Source: a virus (taxonomy: Duplodnaviria; Heunggongvirae; Uroviricota; Caudoviricetes). Taken from it: a stretch of 39,599 nucleotides of DNA. Positions 1 to 9,627 of this stretch are shown in pieces. The notes under the pieces are model-generated. The model saw only the letters and a list, made by a program, of their open reading frames with translations, did not search any database and was not told the DNA's origin. The stretch is from positions 128,001-167,599 of the IMG/VR virus record IMGVR_UViG_3300043444_000502; one strand, given 5' to 3'. The position numbers were made by a program, and so were the translations under genes. Position 1 is the stretch's first letter, and each line of letters opens with the position of its first letter.

Positions 1-593
1 ACGCTAGAAATGATCTATTTCAAATCTATTATCCAAAAGGTACGAACGTAAAAGAATGGTTAATCGATGGTCCTATGAAAGCGGCTGAAGACATTCATAC
101 GATCTTAGATGAACCTAAAAAGATGGGTCGTCCATTTACGATGATGGAGTTTGCTAAACGTTTAGAAGCATACTTCAAAGAACATCAGGGTTTTAGAAGT
201 CCATTATATCCATGTAAGAACACTGCTCGTTACATGGCATTTGCATATCCGCACTTAGTTGATCCTGAGTCTGTATTGTTTGGTGGTACAGGTCACTTCG
301 ATGGTATGCAACAGATCTTTGGCGGACAGAACTTAAATGGTAAAGTTAAGTATCACATTGGTCCAAAAGGAGAATTCATCGCTGATAATAAACAAGGTGA
401 ATTGTGGATAGAACAGATGCATACGTTATGTAATGATCCACGTAATCCAATGAAAGAACAAAAGATGTTAAACGTAGAAGATAAGACTTGCTTCTTCTAT
501 AAACATATAGCTATTAGTCATGGTGTTAAATCACCAACTAAACGTATCCCATATACATGGATTTTCCCACAAGAATTTAGTCTTAAAAAATGA
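1..593 (+). CDS. 5'-truncated probable amino acid:DNA transferase-like (aGPT-Pplase/HhH-fold) base-modification protein
   Basis: Frame is open from the window edge (ARNDLFQIYYPKG...). C-terminal NVEDKTCFFYKH resembles the E-x-x-x-C motif of aGPT-Pplase proteins, and a PLP enzyme lies two genes downstream. Confidence 0.55.
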   Translation, partial: ARNDLFQIYYPKGTNVKEWLIDGPMKAAEDIHTILDEPKKMGRPFTMMEFAKRLEAYFKEHQGFRSPLYPCKNTARYMAFAYPHLVDPESVLFGGTGHFDGMQQIFGGQNLNGKVKYHIGPKGEFIADNKQGELWIEQMHTLCNDPRNPMKEQKMLNVEDKTCFFYKHIAISHGVKSPTKRIPYTWIFPQEFSLKK

Positions 594-1570
594 GAGTACT
601 TACAAATCCTATTAGTAACATCCCTAAACTAAAGAACTCACATGTTCTTGGTTGGTCACTTGTATGGGCAGATCAACTGAATGCTCGTATAGATCATACA
701 TGTTCACCTGCAATTGGTCTTGATACTACATGTTACATTGAACATGGTGTAAACTTTGGTGGTACACTAAACTTATTTGGAGGTGCAACTAAAGAGATCT
801 TTGATAGAATCAATCGAGTAGCTGCACATCCACAAATTGTATCACTCGATATTGATATGCCAGATTGGGGAGCACAACTAAAGAAACGTATCGGTGCACC
901 AACAACCTATACAGGAATTACTGAACAATGGTGCGATGCGTTAAGTAATAGACTAAAGGGTGTTCCATCATTAAAGCAAGAAGAACTCAGAAAGTTTTCT
1001 AAGAAATTTGATGGTGTATCTGTTGGAGATTCACACACTCCTGCATATTCTCGTATGACTGATATTGTACTTAGAGAAAACGGCAAGACATTATTTGGCA
1101 CACTACGCAGAGGTTTAATATCAGAGTTTAGAGGCATGGATCCATTTGGAGAAGTTACATTCTCATATGGTTCAATTGATATTCGTCATCATCTATTACG
1201 TCACGAAGACAAGTTAGATGAATTATTAGATGAGTATGTAAAACAAGGTAACGCAATTGCAGCTGAATATGATTGTAATGTTTCATATACAGCACCAGTA
1301 CCAGTTGAATATGAAGAACGTAGGTTACCAAAAACGGGTTATTTTAAAGGTACACCATTCTTTGGATCACGTAAAGAAAGGTTAGATCTTACCTATCGAT
1401 TTATCGAAGGACTAAATAAAAGAAAGGTATCAGTGGTTCAACCACCACAAGAATGGTACTCTATGGATGGTGAGAAGTATGCTAAGACTTATATGGAAAA
1501 TAGTTCAAGTGTACACATCTCTCCACAATATTACAGAAGAATTGATTGGGGTCAAACTTGTTTAGCATAA
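590..1570 (+). CDS. conserved phage protein with SGNH/GDSL-like C-terminal domain
   Basis: VGDSH (block I), YGSIDIRHH (block III-like), SSVH (block V-like); overlaps both neighbours. Confidence 0.55.
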   Translation: MRVLTNPISNIPKLKNSHVLGWSLVWADQLNARIDHTCSPAIGLDTTCYIEHGVNFGGTLNLFGGATKEIFDRINRVAAHPQIVSLDIDMPDWGAQLKKRIGAPTTYTGITEQWCDALSNRLKGVPSLKQEELRKFSKKFDGVSVGDSHTPAYSRMTDIVLRENGKTLFGTLRRGLISEFRGMDPFGEVTFSYGSIDIRHHLLRHEDKLDELLDEYVKQGNAIAAEYDCNVSYTAPVPVEYEERRLPKTGYFKGTPFFGSRKERLDLTYRFIEGLNKRKVSVVQPPQEWYSMDGEKYAKTYMENSSSVHISPQYYRRIDWGQTCLA

Positions 1571-2508
1571 CAGAAGATAAAGGAAACAAAGACATTCCTA
1601 TGGGAATGGATAGGAAAGAAGCAAATGATTATTACATGGAAATGTGGGGAACATTTGAGTCTAAGGTCGCAGATCCAGTAGTAGAAAAATTTGGTGATAA
1701 GTATATCTTAAGAGCTGATCTTGCACCAGGTGGATTGAAATCATTTGGCGGTGAACGTGTAATTGCAGAAACTAAACATGACACACTAACGTATTGTGCA
1801 CCTCGACAAGGACATGCTATGGATGCAATCTCTATGCTTGCTGCCATGTACAATAAGAAGGTTGTATTCTTTTGTCCATCGTCTAAGCGAGTATCTGACC
1901 ATCAAGGTGCATTATTCTCGTATCCTCATGTTGATATGAGGTTCGTTCGAATTGCTGCTATGCCAGTTTTAAATCAATACGCGAAGAAGTGGGCAAAAGA
2001 AAATAATGCGCAGTATCTTCCACTTGGTTTGAAAGATGTACCAATCGTTACAGCAGGTCTCGTTAATATGGCTAACAAGATTACTAAACAACTTGGTAAA
2101 GAACCAACTGAAATTTGGTGTGCAGTCTCTACAGGTACAATGATTCGAGCATTACAAATCGGTTGGCCTTCAGCAGATGCATATGGTATCGCAGTAGCAC
2201 GTAATATCCATAAAGGAGAAATTGGAGATGCAAAGGTCGTATCAGCAACAATGCCTTTCCTTAAGGCTCACCCAACGGCGAAGACTATGCCATTTCCATC
2301 AACAGCAGCATATGATGCAAAAGCATGGGACGCATTCGTCGCAAACGGAAAACCAGGATCAATCTTCATTAACGTCGGATCAGACGAACATATTAACCGA
2401 AACTTGTCAAATGTAGATATTGACAACATTAATAGCTATAGAGAATGGCATGATATGGAAGATTTAAAACGTAACAGAGCATTTAAAAACAGTGTACAAA
2501 CAGTGTAA
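1546..2508 (+). CDS. PLP-dependent enzyme (fold type II), like the decarboxylases of phage thymidine-hypermodification clusters
   Basis: LRADLAPGGLK (Schiff-base Lys), WCAVSTGT phosphate loop, YDAKAW, FINVG. Confidence 0.75.
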   Translation: MGSNLFSITEDKGNKDIPMGMDRKEANDYYMEMWGTFESKVADPVVEKFGDKYILRADLAPGGLKSFGGERVIAETKHDTLTYCAPRQGHAMDAISMLAAMYNKKVVFFCPSSKRVSDHQGALFSYPHVDMRFVRIAAMPVLNQYAKKWAKENNAQYLPLGLKDVPIVTAGLVNMANKITKQLGKEPTEIWCAVSTGTMIRALQIGWPSADAYGIAVARNIHKGEIGDAKVVSATMPFLKAHPTAKTMPFPSTAAYDAKAWDAFVANGKPGSIFINVGSDEHINRNLSNVDIDNINSYREWHDMEDLKRNRAFKNSVQTV

Positions 2509-2521
2509 AATATGGTATAAT
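2493..2521 (+). promoter_or_regulatory. early/sigma70-type promoter for uvsX
   Basis: TGTACA-N17-TATAAT with TGG extended -10. Confidence 0.8.
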
Positions 2522-2543
2522 AATACTTTAGCTAGGAGCAACT

Positions 2544-3599
2544 ATGAGTTTAATGAATAAATTAAAGAAGAATTCTAAAATCGAATTTACTTCGGCATTA
2601 GAAGATTCTAAATTCTTTGGCGAGAAGGATGTAATTACTACTCCAGTGCCAATGATTAACGTGGCATTAAGTGGAAAATTGGATGGAGGTTTAACTCCAG
2701 GTTTAACTGTTCTTGCTGGTCCATCTAAGCATTTTAAAACAGCATTCTCTTTGCTTATGGCAAAAGCATATATGGACAAATATCCAGAAGCAGTTATGCT
2801 ATTTTATGATTCTGAATTTGGTACACCACAAGCATACTTCGATTCATTTGGAATTGATAAGTCACGTGTTCTTCATACACCTATTACAGACGTAGAACAA
2901 CTTAAGTTTGATGTTGTATCACAACTAAATAACTTAGAACGCGGTGAAAAGGTTATCATTGTTATTGACTCAGTTGGTAACTTAGCTTCTAAGAAAGAAT
3001 TAGAAGATGCATTGAATGAAAAATCTGTGGCAGATATGTCACGTGCTAAAGCACTTAAAGGTTTATTCCGCATGATTACACCATATTTGACCATGAAAGA
3101 TGTGCCAATGGTTGTAGTTAATCATACGTATATGGAAATTGGCATGTTCCCTAAAGCAGTTGTTTCAGGCGGTACAGGCATTTATTATTCAGCTGATACT
3201 ATTTGGATTTTAGGACGTCAACAAGACAAAGATGGTACTGAAATTAAAGGTTACCATTTTATTATCAATGTGGAGAAATCTCGTTATGTTAAAGAAAAGT
3301 CTAAGATTCCTGTATCTGTTAGCTTTGAAGGCGGTATTCAGCGTTACTCTGGTTTGCTTGATATTGCTTTGGTTGGTAACTTCGTTGCTAAACCTTCTAA
3401 CGGGTGGTATCAAAAAGTGGACAGAACAACGGGTGAGCTCGTCGGTACAAGAGTACGAGAGAAAGATACGCTTACTGAAGAATTCTGGTCAGACATTTTA
3501 AAGAGCAAAGAGTTCCAACAATATGTGATTGATTCATATCAAGTTGGTAGTGGCAAGATGTTTAAAGAAGACGACGAAACAGATGAAGATAACGAATAA
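2544..3599 (+). CDS. uvsX: RecA-like recombinase UvsX
   Basis: LAGPSKHFKT Walker A, FYDSEFG, IDSVGNLASKKE; T4 synteny. Confidence 0.97.
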   Translation: MSLMNKLKKNSKIEFTSALEDSKFFGEKDVITTPVPMINVALSGKLDGGLTPGLTVLAGPSKHFKTAFSLLMAKAYMDKYPEAVMLFYDSEFGTPQAYFDSFGIDKSRVLHTPITDVEQLKFDVVSQLNNLERGEKVIIVIDSVGNLASKKELEDALNEKSVADMSRAKALKGLFRMITPYLTMKDVPMVVVNHTYMEIGMFPKAVVSGGTGIYYSADTIWILGRQQDKDGTEIKGYHFIINVEKSRYVKEKSKIPVSVSFEGGIQRYSGLLDIALVGNFVAKPSNGWYQKVDRTTGELVGTRVREKDTLTEEFWSDILKSKEFQQYVIDSYQVGSGKMFKEDDETDEDNE

Positions 3600-3933
3600 T
3601 AGTTATACATTTGTCGAAAATGCCACTGAACAAGATTCGTGGCATGTTAAAATCAAAGAAGGTGATTATGCTGGTATCATCTACCAATATGGTAGAATTC
3701 AAGTAAAAGAAGACTTTGACACTGAAAGCGCAAAATTACAATTTCAGTTTAATATCAAGAAAATTCCTGATGAACTTGGAATGGAATCAGAAGATTTACT
3801 TGAAGACGAGACGTTTATGAACTTGTTGGGTGATATCTTAACACATATCATCGAAGATGCGATGGATAACGGAAATTATAAAATAGGTAATAATGATAAG
3901 TCAACTGATTCTGAATCAACTGTGCACGAATGA
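3583..3933 (+). CDS. gp40-like head vertex assembly chaperone
   Basis: Lies between uvsX and gp41 as in T4; acidic ~116 aa; start taken at ATG 3583. Confidence 0.55.
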   Translation: MKITNNSYTFVENATEQDSWHVKIKEGDYAGIIYQYGRIQVKEDFDTESAKLQFQFNIKKIPDELGMESEDLLEDETFMNLLGDILTHIIEDAMDNGNYKIGNNDKSTDSESTVHE

Positions 3934-5275
3934 AGAATATACTCGAAGAGCACTTCCATTTCTCAAAGATGAATATTTCGAGAGAGGTGAGAAACTGCTC
4001 TTTGCAGTTGTATCACGCTTCATTAATAAGTACAACACAATTCCTACAGAAGCCGCATTAAAACTTGAATTACAAAAAATCCCAAACATTTCAAATGATG
4101 TTTTTGATTTAGTTACTCAAGCATATCGTGCACAACCTGTTGATAATAAATGGATCTTAGATGAGACTGAAAAGTATTGTCAAGATAGAGCTGTGTATTT
4201 GGCCATTATGAAGTCAATTCAAATTATTGATGGCAAAGATAAAGAGTTAACAAATAATGCAATTCCCGATATATTATCTAAGGCCCTTGCTGTTAGTTTT
4301 GATACAAATATTGGTCATGATTACATTGATAATTCAGATCAACGATATGATTTTTATCACAAAGTCGAAGGACGATTGCCATTCGACTTGGAATTCTTCA
4401 ACAAAATCACTAAAGGCGGATTGCCAAATAAAACCCTCAATATAATTTTGGCAGGTACTGGTGTTGGTAAGTCATTATTCATGTGTCATATGGCAGGTTC
4501 TTCTTTATTACAGGGTAAGAACGTATTGTATATCACTATGGAAATGGCTGAAGAACGTATCGCTGAACGTATCGATGCGAATCTAATGAACATCCCAGTA
4601 GATCAATTAGAAGCATTACCAAAACAGGTATATGATCAAAAGATTCAAAAGATTGGTCAAAAGAATATTGGTAAATTAATCATTAAAGAATATCCAACTG
4701 GAGCAGCACACGTTGGCCACTTCAGAGCGTTATTAAATGAACTTAAACTTAAAAAGAATTTTAAACCAGATATTATCTTTATTGACTATCTTAATATTTG
4801 TGCCAGTTCACGTGTTAAAGGATTGGGTGGATCAGTTAATACTTACTCGTACGTTAAAGCGATCGCAGAAGAAATGCGTGGACTCGCAGTCGAAGCTAAT
4901 GTTCCACTCGTATCCGCGACTCAGACGACTCGTTCTGGTTATTCAAATACGGATGTTGGTTTGGAAGATACATCGGAAAGTTTCGGTTTGCCTGCGACAG
5001 CGGACTTCATGTTCGCAGTTATCTCAACAGAAGAACTTGAAAAACTTGGACAAGTGATGGTCAAACAATTAAAGAATCGTTATAATGATCCAACATCTAA
5101 TAAACGATTTATTATTGGCATTGATAGAGCACGTATGAAATTGTATGATGTAGAAGCATCAGCACAAACATTAATTGATGATGCTGCTCATGTTGCAACA
5201 AAACAAGATGATAAGCCATTAAACACATTTGGTACACGTGAGAAATCAGATTTTGGAGGATTTAGTTATGAGTAA
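3893..5275 (+). CDS. 41: replicative DnaB-like helicase gp41
   Basis: LAGTGVGKS, ITMEMAEE, IDYLNIC, SATQTTR, KQLKNRY. Confidence 0.97.
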   Translation: MISQLILNQLCTNEEYTRRALPFLKDEYFERGEKLLFAVVSRFINKYNTIPTEAALKLELQKIPNISNDVFDLVTQAYRAQPVDNKWILDETEKYCQDRAVYLAIMKSIQIIDGKDKELTNNAIPDILSKALAVSFDTNIGHDYIDNSDQRYDFYHKVEGRLPFDLEFFNKITKGGLPNKTLNIILAGTGVGKSLFMCHMAGSSLLQGKNVLYITMEMAEERIAERIDANLMNIPVDQLEALPKQVYDQKIQKIGQKNIGKLIIKEYPTGAAHVGHFRALLNELKLKKNFKPDIIFIDYLNICASSRVKGLGGSVNTYSYVKAIAEEMRGLAVEANVPLVSATQTTRSGYSNTDVGLEDTSESFGLPATADFMFAVISTEELEKLGQVMVKQLKNRYNDPTSNKRFIIGIDRARMKLYDVEASAQTLIDDAAHVATKQDDKPLNTFGTREKSDFGGFSYE

Positions 5276-5477
5276 TGTGATTGCTGAAGCTTATGGTATT
5301 GATACTAAAAAAGTTAAAGAATGGATTAAAAAGAATGTAATTACTGTAGTGATTGCATTAGTAGTTGGTTTAACAATAGGTTATACAAAAGCACAAGCTG
5401 ATATAGAAATGGATTGTAAATATGCAAAAGCTGTTAGAATTGGTACAAGCGCTTTTGAATGTAGGAGAATCCTATGA
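5268..5477 (+). CDS. small membrane protein
   Basis: GGAGGA SD; one TM segment. Confidence 0.65.
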   Translation: MSNVIAEAYGIDTKKVKEWIKKNVITVVIALVVGLTIGYTKAQADIEMDCKYAKAVRIGTSAFECRRIL

Positions 5478-5689
5478 CGCATGATATTCCAATTTTAGAA
5501 GGCGAAGAAATGTGGGCTCAAGAATCCATTGATCGTCCTAAAGGAAAATATAAAGTTAGTTATTACTTAGGCGGAGGAATGAGAGCAGCTTTTAAGTGGT
5601 TTGATACTTTTCATGAAGCAACAGAGTTTTCTATGAAAGTTAGAACTGGTGATGTAATCGAAATTAAATGGTATCCAAATGAAAGTTAA
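5474..5689 (+). CDS. hypothetical protein
   Basis: AGGAG SD; ATGA coupling. Confidence 0.7.
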   Translation: MTHDIPILEGEEMWAQESIDRPKGKYKVSYYLGGGMRAAFKWFDTFHEATEFSMKVRTGDVIEIKWYPNES

Positions 5690-6368
5690 ATTAGTATCTT
5701 ATAGTAAACCATCCAGAGAATATTATAATGAAGGATTAATGGATGTTCAAGACCTTATCGCTTTTTGCGCGCGTGTCTCCAATCCAAGCAATCAGCTTAA
5801 TGCGGGAACGTCAGAAAAGCTCATCAAATATCTCATCAAACATCAACATTGGTCACCGCTCGAAATGGTGTCAGCATGCATGGAGATTACAACAACACGA
5901 GATATCGCTAGACAGATATTACGTCACCGATCATTCTCTTTCCAAGAATTTTCCCAACGATATGCTGATCCAACCCAAGATCTCGGTTTTGTTGTACGAG
6001 AAGCGAGGTTACAAGATACTGTCAATCGACAGAACAGTATCCCTCTGGACATGATCAATAATGATGAGCATCGTCAGATCGCTTATCAGTGGGAGAACTT
6101 GCAACGTGACATCATCAAGCGAACGCAAGATGTATATGCATGGGCAATTGCAAAAGGTATCGCTAAAGAGCAAGCGCGTGCTGTGTTACCAGAAGGTATG
6201 ATGGAAAGTCGTTTATACATGAATGGCACATTACGATCATGGATTCACTTCATTGAGTTACGATCTGCAAATGGTACTCAGAAAGAACACCAAGAAGTAG
6301 CGCTTGAATGTGCAAAAGTTATTTCTGAAATTTTCCCTTTAGCAAAAGACATTGCTAATGTCCAATAA
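5679..6368 (+). CDS. thyX: FAD-dependent thymidylate synthase
   Basis: RHRSFSFQEFSQRY signature, HWSPLE. Confidence 0.97.
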   Translation: MKVKLVSYSKPSREYYNEGLMDVQDLIAFCARVSNPSNQLNAGTSEKLIKYLIKHQHWSPLEMVSACMEITTTRDIARQILRHRSFSFQEFSQRYADPTQDLGFVVREARLQDTVNRQNSIPLDMINNDEHRQIAYQWENLQRDIIKRTQDVYAWAIAKGIAKEQARAVLPEGMMESRLYMNGTLRSWIHFIELRSANGTQKEHQEVALECAKVISEIFPLAKDIANVQ

Positions 6369-6945
6369 TATTGTTACTGCCAAACTTGGTTTAGATACCG
6401 CGATTATAAAAAATAGTTGCGGTATCATGTACGACTATATCAAGGAAAAATTTAGCGAAAACAAGAAAGATTACAATGGTCAATCTACAATGACTACTCA
6501 ACTGTTTTCTTCATATAATCTTTTGATGTATCCATTACCAGGATTTCATGAATTATTCTTTGGCATTAGAGATACGTTTTTAAAAAATTATCCTGAATGC
6601 AATGATCATTATTATTTACAATCATGGGTAAACTTCTATCAAAAAGGTGACTTCATCGATTGGCATTGGCATTGGCCTGATGATGCCAATGCATATCATG
6701 GATTTTATTGTGTAGACACTGAACCGTCTCACACATCATATGTACATGAAGATCATGACATTCAGTTTGACATACCAAGTAAAGATGATCAAGTCGTTAT
6801 GTCTAAAAGTTATAGAGAACGTCATCGCACATGGCCATGGACAGAAGATAGACCACGTATTACTATTGCTTTTGATATAGTGCCCAGAAGTGCCATAAAA
6901 CCTTTGGAATGGGCAAATCATTGGATTCCGCTCAGTTCGACCTAG
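6358..6945 (+). CDS. 2OG-Fe(II) oxygenase-like (DSBH) protein
   Basis: WVN..DWHWH (HxH), distal HRT, RITIAFD. Confidence 0.75.
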   Translation: MSNNIVTAKLGLDTAIIKNSCGIMYDYIKEKFSENKKDYNGQSTMTTQLFSSYNLLMYPLPGFHELFFGIRDTFLKNYPECNDHYYLQSWVNFYQKGDFIDWHWHWPDDANAYHGFYCVDTEPSHTSYVHEDHDIQFDIPSKDDQVVMSKSYRERHRTWPWTEDRPRITIAFDIVPRSAIKPLEWANHWIPLSST

Positions 6946-6986
6946 AGCTTCTGGTGAGTTCTGGACTGTAATAAAAAAGTATTCAA

Positions 6987-7095
6987 AATCAATAACTTGC
7001 AACGGGCCCTTTTAAGGGCCCTAATTTTTTCACAGGATGAAATGCTCTTAGATGACGAGTCGTCCGTGCAAGTTATTGATATCATTGGACTTTTT
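6987..7095. repeat. non-coding element with two inverted IHF-consensus boxes and a GGGCCC hairpin
   Basis: AATCAATAACTTG (6987-6999) and, on the minus strand, TATCAATAACTTG (7069-7081) match WATCAANNNNTTR; GGGCCCTT-TT-AAGGGCCC hairpin. Confidence 0.7.
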
Positions 7096-7123
7096 TTCAG
7101 CGAATTATTTTTAGGGGCCCCTA

Positions 7124-7152
7124 TGTACAAACAGCATGTTTTAGGGTATAAT
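7124..7152 (+). promoter_or_regulatory. early promoter
   Basis: TGTACA-N17-TATAAT. Confidence 0.85.
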
Positions 7153-7180
7153 ATCTCTATAAATTGAAAAAAGGACATAT

Positions 7181-7471
7181 ATGAAAAAGCTAAAGTTTGA
7201 AGGTTTTGCAGATTGTGGAGATACAATTCGTGGATATGATTTTAAACCAATGGCTGGTCGAAATGACTGTTATATTGAAGGCGTTGTAGAACGTGTTACT
7301 GATGAAATGGGTTATAAAGCTTTCAAAGTGACTTGTACTAAAGACGTTTTCGATGGCGTTGAAAACAAAAAAGGCGATAAAGGTTCTCGAGTTGGTAAAA
7401 TTGTTTTTATTCCAATGGAAGTTAGTTTCATGGAATATGATGCTCGTATTATTAATTTATCAAAGGTTTAA
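7181..7471 (+). CDS. hypothetical early protein
   Basis: AAGGA SD directly after the early promoter. Confidence 0.8.
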   Translation: MKKLKFEGFADCGDTIRGYDFKPMAGRNDCYIEGVVERVTDEMGYKAFKVTCTKDVFDGVENKKGDKGSRVGKIVFIPMEVSFMEYDARIINLSKV

Positions 7472-7473
7472 TT

Positions 7474-7800
7474 ATGACTAAGCGTAATCGTTCTGATTCT
7501 TACATTTTTACTGCAGATCCATTGTCTGCCTTTGATATGGAAAAGATTGCTATCATTAAGAAGACTGTTAGCGCTATGAATAAAGAAGCAAAAACTGCCC
7601 ATGGTTATGCAGTTCGTCGTGCAGAATATTATGGAGAACCAATACCTAAAGCACCTATGCGTAAACGTGTCCGTTTGATGGGACGTGGACCACGCAAACA
7701 AGCTGCATTAAATGATTATGGACGTAGTCGTGCATATGATTCATATTTGCCGCAATGTCACGCAGTTCGTTTTGATGTTTATATTGCAGATGTTCGATAA
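7474..7800 (+). CDS. hypothetical early protein, homologous to a module of the 14749 polyprotein
   Basis: RSDSYIFT / KRVRLMGR / AVRFDVYI motifs. Confidence 0.8.
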   Translation: MTKRNRSDSYIFTADPLSAFDMEKIAIIKKTVSAMNKEAKTAHGYAVRRAEYYGEPIPKAPMRKRVRLMGRGPRKQAALNDYGRSRAYDSYLPQCHAVRFDVYIADVR

Positions 7801-7810
7801 GGAGAAAAAC

Positions 7811-7990
7811 GTGGCTAAAAAATATAATGATGTGACTTCAATTGTGAATGGTATTAAAGTGACACAATGTGCATATCGTGGACCTCGTGGCACAGAACGT
7901 ACGTTTCCCATGACTAAAGGATCTGTTGCAACAATGGGAGCTAAGAATGTTTCATTAATGAATCAAGGTTTTAAGAAAGGAAAAGCATGA
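7811..7990 (+). CDS. small basic hypothetical protein
   Basis: AAGGAG SD then GTG start. Confidence 0.7.
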   Translation: MAKKYNDVTSIVNGIKVTQCAYRGPRGTERTFPMTKGSVATMGAKNVSLMNQGFKKGKA

Positions 7991-8160
7991 GTAAGATGGC
8001 AGAACTTGCCTTTGAAATCGAGGATCTTCTTAGACAAGGTTATAAACCTTTGACTATAGCAGCAATGCTTAATGTTCCAGTCAAATGGGTAGATGATGTA
8101 GAAGAAGATTTGATGCAATTGGCAAATCCAAGGTTTTATGGTCCTGATTACGGAGAATAA
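7987..8160 (+). CDS. small hypothetical protein (57 aa, HTH-like), not in the ORF track
   Basis: MSKMAELAFEIEDLLRQGYKPLTIAAMLNVPVKWV..; ATGA overlap; AAGGA SD. Confidence 0.7.
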   Translation: MSKMAELAFEIEDLLRQGYKPLTIAAMLNVPVKWVDDVEEDLMQLANPRFYGPDYGE

Positions 8161-8578
8161 TGTGGTGGTTTATGTTCGTCCTTCTCGATATATGACTAGC
8201 GCTAAACGCGAAGAAGTTTATAAAGCTGCATGTTTATTTTTGAATGAACTCTTAGATGGTAAAGAAAGAAAGGTTGAAGTTGTAATTTCTGTTAGAGGAG
8301 CAGGTTTGGCAGAACATGTCGATGGATATTGTCTATGCACTGAAGAATATGACAATGGAAAACCTAAAGAAATATTTGTTGAAGTTAGAGGTGATAAAGG
8401 CTTAGATTTTCTAATTAAATGTTTAGCACATGAATTGACACACGTTTGGCAAATGATGACTGGTAGAATTGATGAGAAGACTTATCGAAATACTAATGAT
8501 CATTATAATAGTCCATGGGAAATAGAAGCACGAGAATTAGAAATGCCATTATATGAAATGTATTTAAAAAATAGTTAA
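8138..8578 (+). CDS. zincin-like metallopeptidase domain protein (true start may be GTG 8162)
   Basis: LAHELTHVWQ (HExxH) and PWEIEA. Confidence 0.75.
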   Translation: MVLITENNVVVYVRPSRYMTSAKREEVYKAACLFLNELLDGKERKVEVVISVRGAGLAEHVDGYCLCTEEYDNGKPKEIFVEVRGDKGLDFLIKCLAHELTHVWQMMTGRIDEKTYRNTNDHYNSPWEIEARELEMPLYEMYLKNS

Positions 8579-8580
8579 TC

Positions 8581-8610
8581 AAAGGGGGCAAAATATGCCC
8601 CTTCTTTTTA
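8581..8610 (+). terminator. intrinsic terminator
   Basis: GGGGCA-loop-TGCCCC followed by TTCTTTTT. Confidence 0.75.
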
Positions 8611-8611
8611 T

Positions 8612-8619
8612 TATAAATA
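8612..8619 (+). promoter_or_regulatory. T4-type late promoter
   Basis: Exact TATAAATA in an intergenic position. Confidence 0.8.
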
Positions 8620-8664
8620 GATCCATGTCAGTTGCTTTACGCAACAGTAACATGGAGAAATTTA

Positions 8665-9627
8665 GTGGCCGAATATAAGAAATTGACTCCTAGTGAATTG
8701 TTGAAACCAGGCAGAGAAGGTAGAGGCGAAACTCTATGTAAGAAGCTTGAAAATAAAGAAGAATTTGTATTGTACACAGGAGAAACTATTAAGTTTAAGT
8801 ACAATCCAGACACCGTTGCAGCAATTCGTTATGGGTTAGCAGAAAAGAATAATACATTATTGAATGAAGTTAGATTGACTTCAGGCAATAAACAATATAA
8901 AATATCAGAACTAGCAAAAACTCCTGAATTTGGAGGAAAGGGCGCTGGTTCTGGTACACGTGCTGAAGATGCAGCATTAACTGATATTATCGAAAAGCTT
9001 CAAAAGCTTTTATTGAAAGAAAAAAAACCATATATTAATTTGGATATAAATGGTAAAGTAGTACAATGTGCAGGATTTGAATCTACATTTGGTACACCAA
9101 AAAGTGACTTTCATATTTTAGATCCTAAAGGAAATATGGTTGCATGGATATCACATAAAAAAGGTACACGTGCAAAAGATTTCCAACAATACGGCGGTAT
9201 GGTAGAATTGGCAGGAGCAAAAGAATTAGAAGCTTTTGTTGCTGATGTAAAGGCTGATTTAAAAAGAAATGGAAGCGAAGGTAAACTTCCAATGAAAACA
9301 GCTTATGCTAGAAAAGTTAATGATAAAACTCTTAAGATGAAAACTCTATTTGGAAAAGATTATAAGACAAGTGGACCAGATAGCGTACAAAATATTAATG
9401 TTTTATATCAAGGAGTTTTAGATTTTAAAAAAACTCCGAATGGAAAAGCATATACTATAACTGCTAGTCATACAGTATTTCATGGAGAAATACCGGATGG
9501 AGATTATGCACCATATTATTATGTAAGACCTGAACAAGCTAAGACACAATTTGGAATTCAAGGCGGTCGTTTCTTTATTGTTTCTAAATTAACTGCATTA
9601 GGTAATAGAAATACGAGAGAAATTTAA
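8665..9627 (+). CDS. PD-(D/E)xK restriction-endonuclease-like protein
   Basis: E..GTPKSDF..WISHKKG pattern; GGAG SD before GTG 8665. Confidence 0.55.
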   Translation: MAEYKKLTPSELLKPGREGRGETLCKKLENKEEFVLYTGETIKFKYNPDTVAAIRYGLAEKNNTLLNEVRLTSGNKQYKISELAKTPEFGGKGAGSGTRAEDAALTDIIEKLQKLLLKEKKPYINLDINGKVVQCAGFESTFGTPKSDFHILDPKGNMVAWISHKKGTRAKDFQQYGGMVELAGAKELEAFVADVKADLKRNGSEGKLPMKTAYARKVNDKTLKMKTLFGKDYKTSGPDSVQNINVLYQGVLDFKKTPNGKAYTITASHTVFHGEIPDGDYAPYYYVRPEQAKTQFGIQGGRFFIVSKLTALGNRNTREI

